The notes: generated by a model from the sequence alone, not told the origin. A stretch of 64,000 nucleotides of DNA from Pelagibacterales bacterium SAG-MED41 (GCA_014653545.1 JACWEJ010000001.1:36014-100013); one strand, 5' to 3'. Positions 1 through 11,920 are shown, numbered from the stretch's first letter. Translations and numbers: made by a program.

Positions 1-1
1 A

Positions 2-430
2 GAGGGAAATGAATTAGGTTTAGAGATTTTCAAAGATAAAAAATTTTTAGATGTAAGGTCCAAAACTATTGGAAAAGGATTTGCAGGAGTTATGAAGAGG
101 TGGAACTTTGGTGGTTTAAGAGCATCTCACGGTGTCTCCGTTTCTCATAGATCGCATGGTTCAACCGGACAAAGACAAGATCCAGGAAAAGTGTTTAAGG
201 GAAAAAAAATGGCTGGACATATGGGTGATAAATTAAGAACAATTTTAAATCTAGAAATAGTAAAATCAGACTTAGAAAATAATTTATTATATTTAAAAGG
301 TTCAATACCAGGTTCAAAGAATTCAACTGTTTTTTTAAGAGAGTCAGTTAAAAATGTAACAAGAAAGACTATTAAAGAAAAGCATGAAGCAAAAATTAGG
401 GCGGCAACAGCTAAAAAAGGAAAAAAATAA
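2..430 (+). CDS. rplC: 50S ribosomal protein L3 (5' part outside window)
   Basis: Frame open from base 2 ([10 protein letters not shown]...[15 protein letters not shown]...[28 protein letters not shown]); upstream of L4. Confidence 0.97.
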   Translation, partial: EGNELGLEIFKDKKFLDVRSKTIGKGFAGVMKRWNFGGLRASHGVSVSHRSHGSTGQRQDPGKVFKGKKMAGHMGDKLRTILNLEIVKSDLENNLLYLKGSIPGSKNSTVFLRESVKNVTRKTIKEKHEAKIRAATAKKGKK

Positions 431-1066
431 ATGAAATTTCCTCTTTTAAGTATTGATGGTGCAAAAGCAGAGTCAGTTGAGATTTCAGATAAGCTGGTTA
501 AATTAAAAGTTAATCACAAATTAATTAAATTTGTTATTGATTGGCAATTTAATAACCTTAAACCCAGAACTGCTAAAACTAAACAAAGAAATGAAATTAA
601 AGGATCAACAAAAAAAATAGTCCCTCAAAAAGGCGGTGGAGGTGCTAGACATGCAAGTAAAAAAGCTCCCTTGTTTGTAGGTGGTGGAGTAGCTCATGGC
701 CCTAAAGGTGCGGTATACAAAATTAAAAAAATTAATAAAAAAGTTAGGAAACTTGCTCTAGCTCAAACATTATCTAAGAAAAATTCTGATAAAAATCTAC
801 ACATTTTAGCTGATGTAAAAAAAGAAGTTAAAAAAACAAAAGAATTTAATAAATTCTTAGAGATGAATAAGCTAGCAAATGTATTAATTATTTCTGATAT
901 AAACTCAATGAAAAATATTTATAAATCAGCACGTAATATCAAAAACGTAAAACTAATTAAAGATGAAGGAACTAACATTTATGATTTATTTAAATACAAA
1001 AATGTAATAATTACATCTTCATCTGCTAAAAAAATTCAAGACAGGATTCTAAATGAAAAAAATTAA
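431..1066 (+). CDS. rplD: 50S ribosomal protein L4
   Basis: QKGGGGARH...GGGVAHGPK motif; S10 operon order. Confidence 0.97.
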   Translation: MKFPLLSIDGAKAESVEISDKLVKLKVNHKLIKFVIDWQFNNLKPRTAKTKQRNEIKGSTKKIVPQKGGGGARHASKKAPLFVGGGVAHGPKGAVYKIKKINKKVRKLALAQTLSKKNSDKNLHILADVKKEVKKTKEFNKFLEMNKLANVLIISDINSMKNIYKSARNIKNVKLIKDEGTNIYDLFKYKNVIITSSSAKKIQDRILNEKN

Positions 1067-1346
1067 TTATATAGACTCTATTATAAATCCAATTATTACT
1101 GAAAAAGCAACGATTTTATCAGAACAAAATAAGACTGTTTTTAAAGTTCATGAAAAAGCAAATAAACAAACTATAAAAAAAAATATTGAAAAATTGTTTA
1201 AAGTTAACGTCATAAAAGTAAATATAATAAAACAAAAATCTAAATTAAAAATGAAACAAGGAAGAAAATCAATAAAGAGTGGATATAAAAAAGCAATAAT
1301 AACACTTAAAAAAGGTCAAAGTATAGATTTAACTACTGGAATTTAA
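1053..1346 (+). CDS. rplW: 50S ribosomal protein L23
   Basis: PIITEKA...YKKAIITL motifs; synteny. Confidence 0.97.
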   Translation: MKKINYIDSIINPIITEKATILSEQNKTVFKVHEKANKQTIKKNIEKLFKVNVIKVNIIKQKSKLKMKQGRKSIKSGYKKAIITLKKGQSIDLTTGI

Positions 1347-1348
1347 TA

Positions 1349-2182
1349 ATGGCACTAAAAACATTTAAACCTTATACAAAAACTACAAGAGGAACAGTAA
1401 TAGTTGATAAAAGCAGTTTGTGGAAAGGTTCGTCATACAAACCGCTAACTAAGGGTCAGCATGTAACTGGTGGTAGAAATAATGCTGGGCGCATAACTTC
1501 AAGACATATGGGGGGCGGCTCAAAACATAAATTTAGAATTATAGATTTTTTTAGAAAGAAGAAAAATGTAAAAGGAACAGTAGAAAGAATCGAATATGAC
1601 CCAAATAGAACTGCATATATTGCATTAATTACGTATGAGGACAAAGAAAAAGCTTACATAATTTCTCCTCAGGGCCTAAAAATTGGTGATACAATTGAAG
1701 CTGGTAAAAACGCAGAAATTAAAATCGGAAATTCGTTAGAATTAAGAGATATTCCTCCAGGAACTTCAATACATAACGTAGAGTTGATACCTGGCAATGG
1801 TGGCAAACTTGCGAGATCTGCTGGATCCCACATCACATTATCTGGTTATGATGGTGATTACGCAATATTAAAATTATCATCAGGAGAAACGAGAAAAGTA
1901 AATAGTGCATGCATAGGAACAATTGGAACTGTTTCAAACCCAGACCAAAAAAATATTAAAATAGGTAAGGCAGGAAGAAATAGATGGAGAGGTAAACGTC
2001 CTCAAACAAGGGGTGTTGCGATGAACCCAGTAGATCATCCACATGGGGGCGGTGAAGGTAAAACATCTGGTGGAAGAAGTCCAGTTTCTCCGTGGGGACA
2101 ATCAGCTAAAGGATTAAAAACAAGAAGACCTAAGCGAAGTGATAATCTTATAATAACAAGAAGGAAGAAAAGGAAAAAATAA
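1349..2182 (+). CDS. rplB: 50S ribosomal protein L2
   Basis: IEYDPNRTA and [17 protein letters not shown] signatures. Confidence 0.99.
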   Translation: MALKTFKPYTKTTRGTVIVDKSSLWKGSSYKPLTKGQHVTGGRNNAGRITSRHMGGGSKHKFRIIDFFRKKKNVKGTVERIEYDPNRTAYIALITYEDKEKAYIISPQGLKIGDTIEAGKNAEIKIGNSLELRDIPPGTSIHNVELIPGNGGKLARSAGSHITLSGYDGDYAILKLSSGETRKVNSACIGTIGTVSNPDQKNIKIGKAGRNRWRGKRPQTRGVAMNPVDHPHGGGEGKTSGGRSPVSPWGQSAKGLKTRRPKRSDNLIITRRKKRKK

Positions 2183-2490
2183 TGGCAAGATCTGTTTGGA
2201 AAGGACCTTTTGTACATCCAAGTTTATTGAAGAAAATTGATAAATTAAAAGAAACTCCAAATAAAAAACCAATAAAAACTTGGTCAAGACATTCGACAAT
2301 TATTCCTGATTTTGTAGGACACAGCTTTATGATACATAACGGAAAATCATTCATACCCATTACTATTTCAGAGGAAATGGTTGGTCATAAATTAGGTGAA
2401 TTTGCACCCACTAGAACATTTAAAGGACATACCCCTGCTGATAAAAAAGCAGCAACAGTGGCACCTAAAACTGACGGAGATAAGAAATAA
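2182..2490 (+). CDS. rpsS: 30S ribosomal protein S19
   Basis: [23 protein letters not shown]. Confidence 0.99.
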   Translation: MARSVWKGPFVHPSLLKKIDKLKETPNKKPIKTWSRHSTIIPDFVGHSFMIHNGKSFIPITISEEMVGHKLGEFAPTRTFKGHTPADKKAATVAPKTDGDKK

Positions 2491-2858
2491 TGAGTAAAGA
2501 CAACCTTATAGTAAAAGCTGTAAATAAAAATGTTAGGACCAGTCCTAGAAAACTTGCTCTTGTTTGCAACTTTATTAAAGGAAAAAAAGTTGACATTGCC
2601 CTAAGAGATTTAGAGTTTTCAAGAAAAAGGATAGCCAAAGATGTTAGCAAAACTGTAAAATCTGCCATCTCAAATGCAGAAAACAATAATCAGTTTGATA
2701 TTGATAACCTTTTTGTAAAAGAGGCATATGTTGGCAAATCACTTGTAATGAAAAGGTTTAGACCTAGGGCAAAAGGTAGAGCAAGCCCGATTAAAAAACC
2801 TTTTAGTAGAATTACAATTATTTTAGAAGAGAAAAAAGAACAAAGGTTGAATAAATAA
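2490..2858 (+). CDS. rplV: 50S ribosomal protein L22
   Basis: [25 protein letters not shown]. Confidence 0.98.
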   Translation: MSKDNLIVKAVNKNVRTSPRKLALVCNFIKGKKVDIALRDLEFSRKRIAKDVSKTVKSAISNAENNNQFDIDNLFVKEAYVGKSLVMKRFRPRAKGRASPIKKPFSRITIILEEKKEQRLNK

Positions 2859-3544
2859 TGGGACAAAAAATAAATCCAATAGGATTAAGGTTAGGTATTA
2901 ATAGAGGATGGGACTCTACTTGGTTTGCCAAAAAGAAGGATTTTGGGAGATATCTAATAGAAGATTTTAAGATAAGAAACTATGTTAAGAAAAATATTAC
3001 GAATTCAGGGGTATCGGAAATTATTATTGAGCGATCCTCAAAAAAATGTACGGTTTCAATTCACACTTCAAGACCAGGTTTTGTAATTGGAAAAAAGGGT
3101 GCAGATATTGAAAAAATTAAAAAAAATATTGTCAAAATTACTGACGCAGACGTAAATGTTAATATTAAAGAAATTAAAAAACCAGAACTAAATTCAAACC
3201 TAGTAGCTGAAAATATAGCACAACAATTAGTAAAAAGAATTGCATATAGACGAGCAATGAAAAGAGCCATGCAATCTGCAATGAGATTAAACGCAAAAGG
3301 AATTAAAGTAATGTTGAGCGGAAGGTTAGCTGGTAACGAGATAGCTCGAACCGAATGGTTACGTGAGGGCAGCATACCTTCTCACACGCTTAGAGCTGAA
3401 ATTGATTACGGTTTTGCAGAAGCGTTAACAACGTATGGAATTATAGGAGTGAAAGTTTGGATTTATAAGGGAGAATTAATGGCTAAAGATGTTGTAAAAG
3501 AAAAAAAAGAAAGGGTGAAAAATGCTACAGCCGGTCAGAACTAA
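2858..3544 (+). CDS. rpsC: 30S ribosomal protein S3
   Basis: [35 protein letters not shown]. Confidence 0.99.
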   Translation: MGQKINPIGLRLGINRGWDSTWFAKKKDFGRYLIEDFKIRNYVKKNITNSGVSEIIIERSSKKCTVSIHTSRPGFVIGKKGADIEKIKKNIVKITDADVNVNIKEIKKPELNSNLVAENIAQQLVKRIAYRRAMKRAMQSAMRLNAKGIKVMLSGRLAGNEIARTEWLREGSIPSHTLRAEIDYGFAEALTTYGIIGVKVWIYKGELMAKDVVKEKKERVKNATAGQN

Positions 3545-3926
3545 ATACAGAAAAGCATTTAAAGGAAGAATTCATGGAAAAGCCGCTAGGGCTGTAAAAC
3601 TAAATTACGGACAATTTGGTCTAAAGGCTGTTCAGCCTGAAAGAATTATTGGTAAACAAATTGAGGCTGCTAGAGTTGCTTTGACAAGATACATGAAAAG
3701 AACAGGTAAAGTATGGACAAGAATATTTCCAAATATACCTGTATCAAAAAAACCAACAGAGGTAAGAATGGGAAAAGGAAAAGGATCTCCAGAATATTAT
3801 GCTTGCAGAGTAAAACCAGGAAGAATTATTTTTGAAGTGGACGGTGTAAGTGAAGAAATAGCTAGAATAGCTTTATATAAAGCATCTGCTAAATTACCTA
3901 TAAAAACTAAATTTGTAAAAAGATAA
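3522..3926 (+). CDS. rplP: 50S ribosomal protein L16
   Basis: [21 protein letters not shown]. Confidence 0.99.
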   Translation: MLQPVRTKYRKAFKGRIHGKAARAVKLNYGQFGLKAVQPERIIGKQIEAARVALTRYMKRTGKVWTRIFPNIPVSKKPTEVRMGKGKGSPEYYACRVKPGRIIFEVDGVSEEIARIALYKASAKLPIKTKFVKR

Positions 3927-4114
3927 TGCCAAAAAAAAAAGAGGATAAAAAGTTGACTAAGGATCAAGCAGTACAAAAAATCTTAACTCTTAAAAAAGAT
4001 TTATTTAATATAAGATTTAAAAAAGTGAATAATCAAATTAACAATCCTGCTCAGTACAGTGAGATTAAAAAAAGTATTGCTAGACTCTATACAACTATAA
4101 AGAATTCAAAATGA
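3926..4114 (+). CDS. rpmC: 50S ribosomal protein L29 (divergent)
   Basis: [10 protein letters not shown]...[10 protein letters not shown]; position between rplP and rpsQ. Confidence 0.92.
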   Translation: MPKKKEDKKLTKDQAVQKILTLKKDLFNIRFKKVNNQINNPAQYSEIKKSIARLYTTIKNSK

Positions 4115-4338
4115 CAAAAAAAATTTTAAAAGGAACGGTTACAAGCGCTAAGAACAATAAAACTGTAGTTGTAGAAGTTACAAGAAAATTTAAACATCCT
4201 TTTTATGAAAAAGTAATTAAAAGATCAAAAAAATATCATGCACACGATGAAAAAAACAAATTTAAAGAAGGTGCAGTAGTATCAATTATTGAGTGTAAAC
4301 CTTTTTCAAAAAAGAAAACTTGGCAGGTGATAGAATAA
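4111..4338 (+). CDS. rpsQ: 30S ribosomal protein S17
   Basis: [26 protein letters not shown]. Confidence 0.98.
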   Translation: MTKKILKGTVTSAKNNKTVVVEVTRKFKHPFYEKVIKRSKKYHAHDEKNKFKEGAVVSIIECKPFSKKKTWQVIE

Positions 4339-4706
4339 TGATACAAATTCAAACAGAATTAACAGTAGCAGACAATACAGGAGCAAAGAGAGTCGAGTGT
4401 ATTAAAGTTCTCGGTGGCTCAAAAAGAAGATATGCATCGGTTGGAGACATAATAGTTATTAGTGTAAAAGACGCTATACCTAAAGGTAAAGTCAAAAAAG
4501 GTGCTGTACATAAAGCAGTTGTTGTGAGAACAAGAAAAGAAATCTATAGGGACGATGGATCAAAAGTTCAATTTGATAAAAATGCTGTTGTTCTAACTGA
4601 TGATAAAGGAGAGCCTATTGGAACAAGAATATTTGGCCCAGTAACTAGAGAGTTACGTAGTCGAGGTCATACTAAAATAATTTCTCTAGCTCCGGAGGTA
4701 CTTTAA
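4338..4706 (+). CDS. rplN: 50S ribosomal protein L14
   Basis: [17 protein letters not shown]...SLAPEVL; start set to ATG 4338 (TAATG overlap with rpsQ). Confidence 0.98.
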   Translation: MIQIQTELTVADNTGAKRVECIKVLGGSKRRYASVGDIIVISVKDAIPKGKVKKGAVHKAVVVRTRKEIYRDDGSKVQFDKNAVVLTDDKGEPIGTRIFGPVTRELRSRGHTKIISLAPEVL

Positions 4707-4707
4707 A

Positions 4708-4959
4708 ATGATTTTAAAAAAAGGTGCGCAAGTAAAAATTATTGCAGGTAAAGATAAAGGTAAAAACGGAGAAATTTTAGAAATAAATAGAAAATTAAAT
4801 AAAATTAAAATTAAATCGGTTAATATGGTTAAAAAACACACCAAACCAACTAAAGAAAACAAAGGTGGAATTATTTCTAAAGAGAGTTTTATTCATCAAT
4901 CTAATGTTAAAAATATTGATATTAAGAAGAACGAAAAGAAAATAGCAGGTAAAAAATAA
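4708..4959 (+). CDS. rplX: 50S ribosomal protein L24 (short)
   Basis: KOW motif KKGAQVKIIAGKDKGK; VNMVKKHTKP; IHQSNV. Confidence 0.95.
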   Translation: MILKKGAQVKIIAGKDKGKNGEILEINRKLNKIKIKSVNMVKKHTKPTKENKGGIISKESFIHQSNVKNIDIKKNEKKIAGKK

Positions 4960-5507
4960 TGGCAAGATTAAAAACTATATATGATAAAGAAATAGTTACT
5001 AAACTTATGGGCAAATTATCAGTAAAAAATAAACATGATGTTCCTAAAATTGATAAAGTTATTTTAAATATGGGTCTAGGTGAAGATGCATCTGACGGAA
5101 AAAAACTCAAATCATGTATAGACGATATGGCATTAATATCAGGACAGAAAGCAGTAGTTACAAAATTTAAAAAATCAATCTCTAATTTTAAAACCAGAAA
5201 AGGCTCAAATGCAGGCGTTAAAGTAACGCTTAGATCTAAAATGATGTACGAATTTATTGATAGATTAATAAATATTGCATTACCTAGAATAAAAGATTTT
5301 AGAGGGTTATCTGCAAATGGGATTGATAATTCATGCAATTTTTCATTTGGGATAAAGGAACATATTGTATTTCCAGAAGTTAATTTCGATAAGGTAGATA
5401 AGATTAGAGGTTTAGACGTTACAATAGTCACATCAAGTAAAAGTAAAGATGGGACTTTAGAGTTATTAAAAGAATTCAATTTTCCAATAAATCAAAAGAA
5501 AAACTGA
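4959..5507 (+). CDS. rplE: 50S ribosomal protein L5
   Basis: VPKIDKVILNMGLG, ALPRIKDFRGL. Confidence 0.98.
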   Translation: MARLKTIYDKEIVTKLMGKLSVKNKHDVPKIDKVILNMGLGEDASDGKKLKSCIDDMALISGQKAVVTKFKKSISNFKTRKGSNAGVKVTLRSKMMYEFIDRLINIALPRIKDFRGLSANGIDNSCNFSFGIKEHIVFPEVNFDKVDKIRGLDVTIVTSSKSKDGTLELLKEFNFPINQKKN

Positions 5508-5515
5508 GGATATAA

Positions 5516-5821
5516 ATGGCAAAAACAAGTGCAATACAAAAAAATTTAAAAAGAATTAAGTTAGTTAAAAAGTATGCAAAAAAAAGAGCATTTCTAAAAA
5601 AAATTATAAATAATAAGAAATTAGAATTATCGGAAAGGTTTGCTGCTCAATTAAAATTAAATAAACTCCCAAAGAATTCTGCCAAAATTAGAGTGAGAAA
5701 TAGATGTGAAGTTTCTGGTAGGCCACATGGGGTTTACAGAAAATTAAAAATATCAAGAATTGCACTAAGAGACATGGCGTCCGCTGGTAAAATTCCTGGA
5801 ATAACTAAATCGAGCTGGTAG
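5516..5821 (+). CDS. rpsN: 30S ribosomal protein S14 (long, Zn-free type)
   Basis: RNRCEVSGRPHG, GKIPGITKSSW; 101 aa. Confidence 0.98.
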   Translation: MAKTSAIQKNLKRIKLVKKYAKKRAFLKKIINNKKLELSERFAAQLKLNKLPKNSAKIRVRNRCEVSGRPHGVYRKLKISRIALRDMASAGKIPGITKSSW

Positions 5822-5828
5822 GAGAAAA

Positions 5829-6227
5829 ATGACATTTACAGATCCAATTGGAGATATGTTTTCAAGAATAAGAAATGGTCAAATGCGATCATTAAATTCT
5901 GTAGAAATACCATCATCTAATTTTAGAAAAAATATTTTAGAGATACTTAAAAACGAGGGTTACATTAAAGATTTCTTTATTGAAAAAACCGTAAACAACA
6001 AGATAAGTTTAAGAATTTCACTTAAATACTACGAAGGTGATCCAGTAATTAAAGAAATAAAACGAATTTCAAAACCAGGTAGACGTGTTTATTCAAGGGC
6101 TACAAGTATTCCAAAAGTGATGAATGGTCTAGGATTAGCAATTTTGTCAACACCTAAAGGAGTAATGAGCGATGCCGATGCACGAAAAAATAATATCGGT
6201 GGCGAAATAATTTGTAGGGTATTTTAA
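5829..6227 (+). CDS. rpsH: 30S ribosomal protein S8
   Basis: DPIGDMFSRIRN, SKPGRRVY, LSTPKGVM. Confidence 0.99.
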   Translation: MTFTDPIGDMFSRIRNGQMRSLNSVEIPSSNFRKNILEILKNEGYIKDFFIEKTVNNKISLRISLKYYEGDPVIKEIKRISKPGRRVYSRATSIPKVMNGLGLAILSTPKGVMSDADARKNNIGGEIICRVF

Positions 6228-6769
6228 TGTCTAAAATCGGAAAAAAAAATATTGTAATTCCAAAAGATGCCTCCGTTAAAATAGAAGGAGCAGACTTAAC
6301 TATTACCGGACCTAAAGGAACCAAGAAACTAACCATTAATGATAAAATTTTTTCATCCAAATTAGATAATAGTGAGTTTCAGATTCTTCCTTTAGAAAAA
6401 AAAATCGATAAGAAAATATCGATCATGTGGGGCACATATAGGAGTTTAATTAATAATGCTGTCATTGGTGTTTCTTTAGGCCATGAAAAAATCTTAGAAC
6501 TTAGTGGTGTAGGTTTTAGAGCTAATCTAAAAGGTGAAGTATTAAACCTCCAAATTGGATTTAGTCATGATATTAATTTTAAGATACCAAAAGAGATTAA
6601 AATCAAAGTCGAAAAACAAACAATAATTACAATTAATGGTGTTGACAAAGAATTGGTTTCAAAAATTGCTGCTGATATAAAAAATTTAAAACCTGTTGAG
6701 CCTTATAAAGCAAAGGGTATTAAAGAAAAAGGCCAATTTGTTTTAAGAAAAGAAGGAAAAAAGAAATAA
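6227..6769 (+). CDS. rplF: 50S ribosomal protein L6
   Basis: [27 protein letters not shown]. Confidence 0.98.
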   Translation: MSKIGKKNIVIPKDASVKIEGADLTITGPKGTKKLTINDKIFSSKLDNSEFQILPLEKKIDKKISIMWGTYRSLINNAVIGVSLGHEKILELSGVGFRANLKGEVLNLQIGFSHDINFKIPKEIKIKVEKQTIITINGVDKELVSKIAADIKNLKPVEPYKAKGIKEKGQFVLRKEGKKK

Positions 6770-7122
6770 TGAAAAAAATTAATAATAAAATTAAAAGAAA
6801 ATTAAGAAATAGAAAAAAATTAAAAAGTGTAAATAACAATAGATATAGAATATCTTTATCTAAATCTTTGAATAATTTATCAGCTCAAATTATAGATGAT
6901 AAGGAAAAAAAAACGTTAGTTTCTGCATCTTCAATTGAAAAAGAAATTAAAATTAAAAAAGTTAAAAAAATGGAAAAATCAATTTTAATTGGAGAAATTT
7001 TAGCTAAGAGGGCGAAAGAAAAAAATATTAATAATGTTTATTTTGATCGAGGAGCATATAAGTATCATGGTAGAGTAAAGAATTTTGCAGAAACATTAAG
7101 AAAAAACGGACTAAAATTTTAA
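6769..7122 (+). CDS. rplR: 50S ribosomal protein L18
   Basis: [18 protein letters not shown]. Confidence 0.97.
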   Translation: MKKINNKIKRKLRNRKKLKSVNNNRYRISLSKSLNNLSAQIIDDKEKKTLVSASSIEKEIKIKKVKKMEKSILIGEILAKRAKEKNINNVYFDRGAYKYHGRVKNFAETLRKNGLKF

Positions 7123-7123
7123 T

Positions 7124-7642
7124 ATGGTAGATTATAAAAAAGTTGAAAGTGATATAAAAGAAAAATTAGTTGCAATTAACAGAATAACTAAAGTTGTAAA
7201 AGGCGGTAGGAGATTTGGTTTTGCTGCATTAATGGTTGTTGGAAATCAAAAAGGTTCTGTAGGAATTGGCCAAGGAAAATCTAAACAAGTTCCTGATGCG
7301 ATTAAAAAAGCCACCGAAGATGCTAAAAGAAATTTAATTAAAATTCCTTTAAAGGATGGAAGAACATTACATCATGACGTTAGAGGAAAGAATGGAGCTG
7401 GCAAGGTAATTTTAAGAACAGCACCTGCAGGGACAGGGATAATAGCTGGAGGAGCAATACGATCAGTTTGTGAAGTTCTTGGAATTCAAGATGTGGTTGC
7501 GAAATCTTTAGGTTCTGCAAATCCACATAACGTTTTAAAGGCTTGTGTCGACGGATTAATGTCACAAAATTCTCCAAAAAATTTATCTGCTATAAGAGGA
7601 AAAAAAATATCTGATATAGTTTTGAAAAGAGAGGCTAAGTAA
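7124..7642 (+). CDS. rpsE: 30S ribosomal protein S5
   Basis: [21 protein letters not shown]. Confidence 0.99.
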   Translation: MVDYKKVESDIKEKLVAINRITKVVKGGRRFGFAALMVVGNQKGSVGIGQGKSKQVPDAIKKATEDAKRNLIKIPLKDGRTLHHDVRGKNGAGKVILRTAPAGTGIIAGGAIRSVCEVLGIQDVVAKSLGSANPHNVLKACVDGLMSQNSPKNLSAIRGKKISDIVLKREAK

Positions 7643-8100
7643 TGCAACTAAATAGTTTAATAAGAAATAACAAAAAGAAAATTAGGGTTGGTAGGGGTAT
7701 TGGTTCAGGAAAAGGAAAAACTTCATCTAGAGGGCATAAAGGTCAAAAATCTAGATCCGGTGTTTCAATTAAAAGTTTTGAAGGAGGTCAAATGCCTCTT
7801 TACAGAAGATTACCCAAAAGAGGCTTTAAATCATTGAATAAGAATAAGACTGCTATTTTAAATCTCTCTAAAATACAAAATATTATAGAAAAACAAAAAA
7901 ATAATATTTCAAATACTTTAGATTTAAAAATTTTAAAAGAAAAAAAGCTTGTGAATAAAAAATTTTTAATGTTAAAAATTTTAGGATACGGTGAAATAAA
8001 AAAAAATATTCAAATTTCTGCACACTTTGCTTCAAAACAGGCCTTATCTAAAATAGAAAAAGCAGGTGGTAAAATAAGTATATTTAAAAATAAAAGTTAA
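7642..8100 (+). CDS. rplO: 50S ribosomal protein L15
   Basis: RVGRGIGSGKGKT, FEGGQMPLYRRLPKRGF. Confidence 0.99.
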   Translation: MQLNSLIRNNKKKIRVGRGIGSGKGKTSSRGHKGQKSRSGVSIKSFEGGQMPLYRRLPKRGFKSLNKNKTAILNLSKIQNIIEKQKNNISNTLDLKILKEKKLVNKKFLMLKILGYGEIKKNIQISAHFASKQALSKIEKAGGKISIFKNKS

Positions 8101-9404
8101 TGTCTAGCGAAACGCTCAATACAACTGGTGCCTTTAGCCAAGCAAAAGACTTAAAAAACAGAATATTATTTACTGTTCTATTATTAATTATCTATCGTTT
8201 GGGTACTTACGTTCCTTTATCTGGAATTGATCCATTGGCTCTCAAAGAAATAATGGCATCAAGTCAAAAGGGTCTATTGGGAATGTTTAATATGTTTTCA
8301 GGCGGAGCTGTAACTAGAATGGCGCTTTTTGCACTTGGAATAATGCCTTATATATCGTCTTCAATTATAGTTCAGTTGCTTACCGGTGTTTCTGATTATT
8401 TTAAAAATCTAAAAGAACAAGGAGAGAATGGAAGAAAAAAAATTACGCAAATTACGAGGTACGGAACTGTTTTAATTGCCGCCCTTCAAGGTTATGGAGT
8501 TTCAGTAGGATTAGAAAACGCAGGAAATTTAGTTATTGAACCTGGAATGTCCTTTAAAATAATTACAACTATTTCACTTGTTGCAGGAACAACTTTCCTA
8601 ATGTGGTTAGGTGAACAAATTACACTTAGAGGTGTAGGTAATGGAATATCTTTAATTATCTTTTCTGGTATCGTTGCTGAAATTCCTAGAGCATTAGCAT
8701 CAACCTTTGAGCTTGGTAGAACAGGAGCGTTATCAGCGTTAATGATAGTTGGAATATTCTTATTAGTCATCTTTACAGTTTTATTTATTGTTTTTTTTGA
8801 AAGAGCAATGAGAAAAATTTTAATAAATTATCCTAAAAGACAAGTTGGAAATAAAATGTATGGAGGAGAATCTTCTCATCTTCCATTAAAAATAAATACA
8901 GCAGGTGTTATACCTGCAATTTTTGCTTCTGCATTATTACTTTTACCAATTACGATTTCTAATTTTGGTTTTGCAGAGTCTGATACGTTTCTAAAGATTT
9001 CTTCAATGTTTACACAAGGTCAACCTTTATACATGTTACTTTACGCGTCTGGTATTATTTTTTTTGCATTTTTCTATACTTCAATTGTTTTTAATCCAAA
9101 AGAAACTGCTGAAAATTTAAGAAAATATGGTGGATACATACCAGGTATTAGACCTGGGGAAAGAACTGCTGAATACATAGAGTCAATCTTAATAAGATTA
9201 ACTACTGTAGGGGCTTTGTATTTAACTTTTGTTTGTTTAATGCCTGAATTTTTGATTGCAAAATACCCTATTCCTTTTTATCTAGGAGGGACTTCAATTC
9301 TAATTGTAGTAGTTGTTGCTATGGATACTGTTACGCAGGTGCAAACAAGATTAATGAGCTCTCAATATGAGTCATTAATTAAAAAAACTAAGTTTGGTAA
9401 GTAA
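8100..9404 (+). CDS. secY: Preprotein translocase subunit SecY
   Basis: ALGIMPYISSSII, GVGNGISL, IPGIRPG, GGTSILIVV; multiple TM helices. Confidence 0.99.
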   Translation: MSSETLNTTGAFSQAKDLKNRILFTVLLLIIYRLGTYVPLSGIDPLALKEIMASSQKGLLGMFNMFSGGAVTRMALFALGIMPYISSSIIVQLLTGVSDYFKNLKEQGENGRKKITQITRYGTVLIAALQGYGVSVGLENAGNLVIEPGMSFKIITTISLVAGTTFLMWLGEQITLRGVGNGISLIIFSGIVAEIPRALASTFELGRTGALSALMIVGIFLLVIFTVLFIVFFERAMRKILINYPKRQVGNKMYGGESSHLPLKINTAGVIPAIFASALLLLPITISNFGFAESDTFLKISSMFTQGQPLYMLLYASGIIFFAFFYTSIVFNPKETAENLRKYGGYIPGIRPGERTAEYIESILIRLTTVGALYLTFVCLMPEFLIAKYPIPFYLGGTSILIVVVVAMDTVTQVQTRLMSSQYESLIKKTKFGK

Positions 9405-9412
9405 GTAATTAA

Positions 9413-9985
9413 ATGAATATAGTTATCTTCGGACCACCTGGAGCGGGTAAAGGGACACAATCTAATTTAATTGTCAAAAAATTCAATTTACACCAACTTT
9501 CTACTGGGGAACTTTTAAGAAAAGAAATTAAAGATCAGACTAAACTAGGACAACAAATCTCATCTACTATTGATGAAGGCGATCTTGTATCTGATCAGAT
9601 TGCTGGAGATCTAATTGAAAAATATATATCTAATAAAATTTACAAAAGTAGATTAATTTTTGATGGTTATCCTAGAAATTTAAATCAGGCAAGAAATCTT
9701 AATAATTTACTATCTAAATATGATCAGAAAATTGATATTGTACTTAAATTATCTGTCAGTCTAGAAATAATAAAAAAAAGAATAAATGAAAGACAAACTT
9801 TAGAAAAAAGAACAGATGATAATGAACTTACAGCTATTAAAAGATATGAAACTTATGAAAATAAAATTAAGCCTGTAGTAGATTTTTATAAACAATCTAA
9901 TTTGCTGAAAGTCGTTAATGGTGAAAACTCTATAACTGAAATTAGCAATGAAATTAGCGACTTAATTGACGGTTTGAAGGGTTGA
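9413..9985 (+). CDS. adk: Adenylate kinase (short-LID type)
   Basis: P-loop GPPGAGKGT, DGYPR, RTDD; follows secY. Confidence 0.96.
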   Translation: MNIVIFGPPGAGKGTQSNLIVKKFNLHQLSTGELLRKEIKDQTKLGQQISSTIDEGDLVSDQIAGDLIEKYISNKIYKSRLIFDGYPRNLNQARNLNNLLSKYDQKIDIVLKLSVSLEIIKKRINERQTLEKRTDDNELTAIKRYETYENKIKPVVDFYKQSNLLKVVNGENSITEISNEISDLIDGLKG

Positions 9986-10009
9986 CTTTAAGAGATTAGA
10001 CAATATAAA
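9982..10009 (+). promoter_or_regulatory. Putative sigma70 promoter of the alpha operon
   Basis: TTGACT (9982-9987) N16 TATAAA (10004-10009), 30 nt before rpsM. Confidence 0.5.
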
Positions 10010-10039
10010 TACGCAAGAAAAACATTTACTCATTAATTT

Positions 10040-10423
10040 ATGGCTCGAATTGCAGGAATAAATATTCCACAAAATAAAGTTGTCAGCATAGCATTAACTT
10101 ACATTCATGGTATAGGTTTACATTCTTCAAAGAAAATTTGTGAAAAATTAGATATTCCATTTTCAAAGCGAGTGAATGATTTGTCAGAAGAGCAAATTCT
10201 AAAAATCAGAGAATTTATCGATGCAAGCTACAAAGTTGAAGGAGATTTAAGAAGGGAAGTTTCAATAAATATCAAAAGGTTAGTTGACTTAGCGTGTTAT
10301 AGAGGATCTAGACATAAAAAAAAATTACCTGTTAGAGGTCAGAGAACGCAATGTAATGCTAGAACAAGAAAAGGAAAAGCCATTGCAATTGCTGGGAAAA
10401 AACTCACTCCACTAAAGAAATAA
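10040..10423 (+). CDS. rpsM: 30S ribosomal protein S13
   Basis: [25 protein letters not shown]. Confidence 0.99.
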   Translation: MARIAGINIPQNKVVSIALTYIHGIGLHSSKKICEKLDIPFSKRVNDLSEEQILKIREFIDASYKVEGDLRREVSINIKRLVDLACYRGSRHKKKLPVRGQRTQCNARTRKGKAIAIAGKKLTPLKK

Positions 10424-10430
10424 TTTTTAA

Positions 10431-10886
10431 ATGAATAAAAAAATAGTAAAGGTTGAAAAAAAAATAGAGGCCAAAGATACTAAAAAAGTTGAAACTAAAA
10501 AAGCTAGTTCTTTTAAAAAAAAAAAGAAAATTAAAAAAAACATTACATCAGGAATAGCCTTTGTTTATTCAACATTTAATAATACAATAATTTCTATTGC
10601 TGATGAAAATGGAAACGTAGTATCATGGTCTTCTGCAGGTGCAAAAGGTTTTAAAGGTTCTAGAAAATCTACCCCATATGCTGCTCAAGTCGCCGCTGAC
10701 GATGCTGGAGCCAAAGCTTTTGAACAAGGAATGAGAACATTGACTGTTCAAGTTAAAGGTCCCGGTTCGGGTAGAGAAACAGCTTTACGTTCATTACAAT
10801 CAAGGGGATTTAAAATATTATCAATTAAGGACACTACGCCTATGCCACATAACGGTGCAAGACCACCTAAAAGAAGGAGAGTATAA
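10431..10886 (+). CDS. rpsK: 30S ribosomal protein S11
   Basis: [28 protein letters not shown]. Confidence 0.99.
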   Translation: MNKKIVKVEKKIEAKDTKKVETKKASSFKKKKKIKKNITSGIAFVYSTFNNTIISIADENGNVVSWSSAGAKGFKGSRKSTPYAAQVAADDAGAKAFEQGMRTLTVQVKGPGSGRETALRSLQSRGFKILSIKDTTPMPHNGARPPKRRRV

Positions 10887-11920
10887 TGCAAACTACATCA
10901 AATATTATAGATAAAAATTGGAAAGCACTCATTAAACCTAACAAACTAGATATTACAAGTAATGAGGATAGAACAATTGCAAAAATTGTTGCCGAACCTT
11001 TAGAAAAAGGTTTTGGTCAGACTATTGGAAATTCATTAAGAAGGATATTATTATCATCTATTCAAGGTGCAGCGGTAACTGCGTTGCAAATCGATGGAGT
11101 GTTACATGAATTTTCATCTATTAAAGGTGTAAGGGAAGATGTTACTGATATAGTTCTTAATGTTAAAAATTTAGCTATAAAGTCTTCATCCTCAAGTTCA
11201 AAAAAAATTATATTAGATATTAAAGGACCAAAGGAAGTAAAAGCAAAGGACATAAGTTTAGTTCCAGAAATAGAAATATTAAATCCTGATCAAACCATAT
11301 GTAATTTAGATGAAAAAACACATTTTCATATGGAATTAATGGTAAGCAGTGGAAAAGGTTATGTTCCTTCACCCAAAAATAAAACAGAGGACAGTCCACT
11401 AGGTTTAATTTCAATAGACTCCTTATTTAGCCCCGTTAAGAAAGTCTCATTTTCTGTAGAAAATACTAGAGCAGGAAGCGCTTTAGATTATGATAAACTA
11501 TTAATGACTGTTGAAACTAACGGTACAGTTGATGCGGAAGATGCAATTGCGTACTCAGCAAGAATTTTTCAGGATCAACTATCAATGTTTGTAAATTTTG
11601 AAGATCCTAAGGAAATAGTTAAAGAAGTAAAATCGTCTGAACCTGAATTTAATAGAAATCTATTAAAAAGGGTCGAAGAACTTGAGCTGTCAGTGAGATC
11701 GATGAACTGTCTAAAAAATGATAATATTATATATATCGGTGATTTAGTTCAAAAAACCGAACCAGAAATGCTAAGAACACCAAATTTTGGTAGAAAATCA
11801 CTTAATGAAATCAAAGAAGTTTTAAACACTATGTCTTTATATTTGGGGATGGAAATACCAAATTGGCCGCCAGACAACATCGCAGAACTTTCAAAAAAAC
11901 TTGAGGAAAATACATACTAA
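10886..11920 (+). CDS. rpoA: RNA polymerase alpha subunit
   Basis: [22 protein letters not shown]; [25 protein letters not shown]. Confidence 0.99.
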   Translation: MQTTSNIIDKNWKALIKPNKLDITSNEDRTIAKIVAEPLEKGFGQTIGNSLRRILLSSIQGAAVTALQIDGVLHEFSSIKGVREDVTDIVLNVKNLAIKSSSSSSKKIILDIKGPKEVKAKDISLVPEIEILNPDQTICNLDEKTHFHMELMVSSGKGYVPSPKNKTEDSPLGLISIDSLFSPVKKVSFSVENTRAGSALDYDKLLMTVETNGTVDAEDAIAYSARIFQDQLSMFVNFEDPKEIVKEVKSSEPEFNRNLLKRVEELELSVRSMNCLKNDNIIYIGDLVQKTEPEMLRTPNFGRKSLNEIKEVLNTMSLYLGMEIPNWPPDNIAELSKKLEENTY

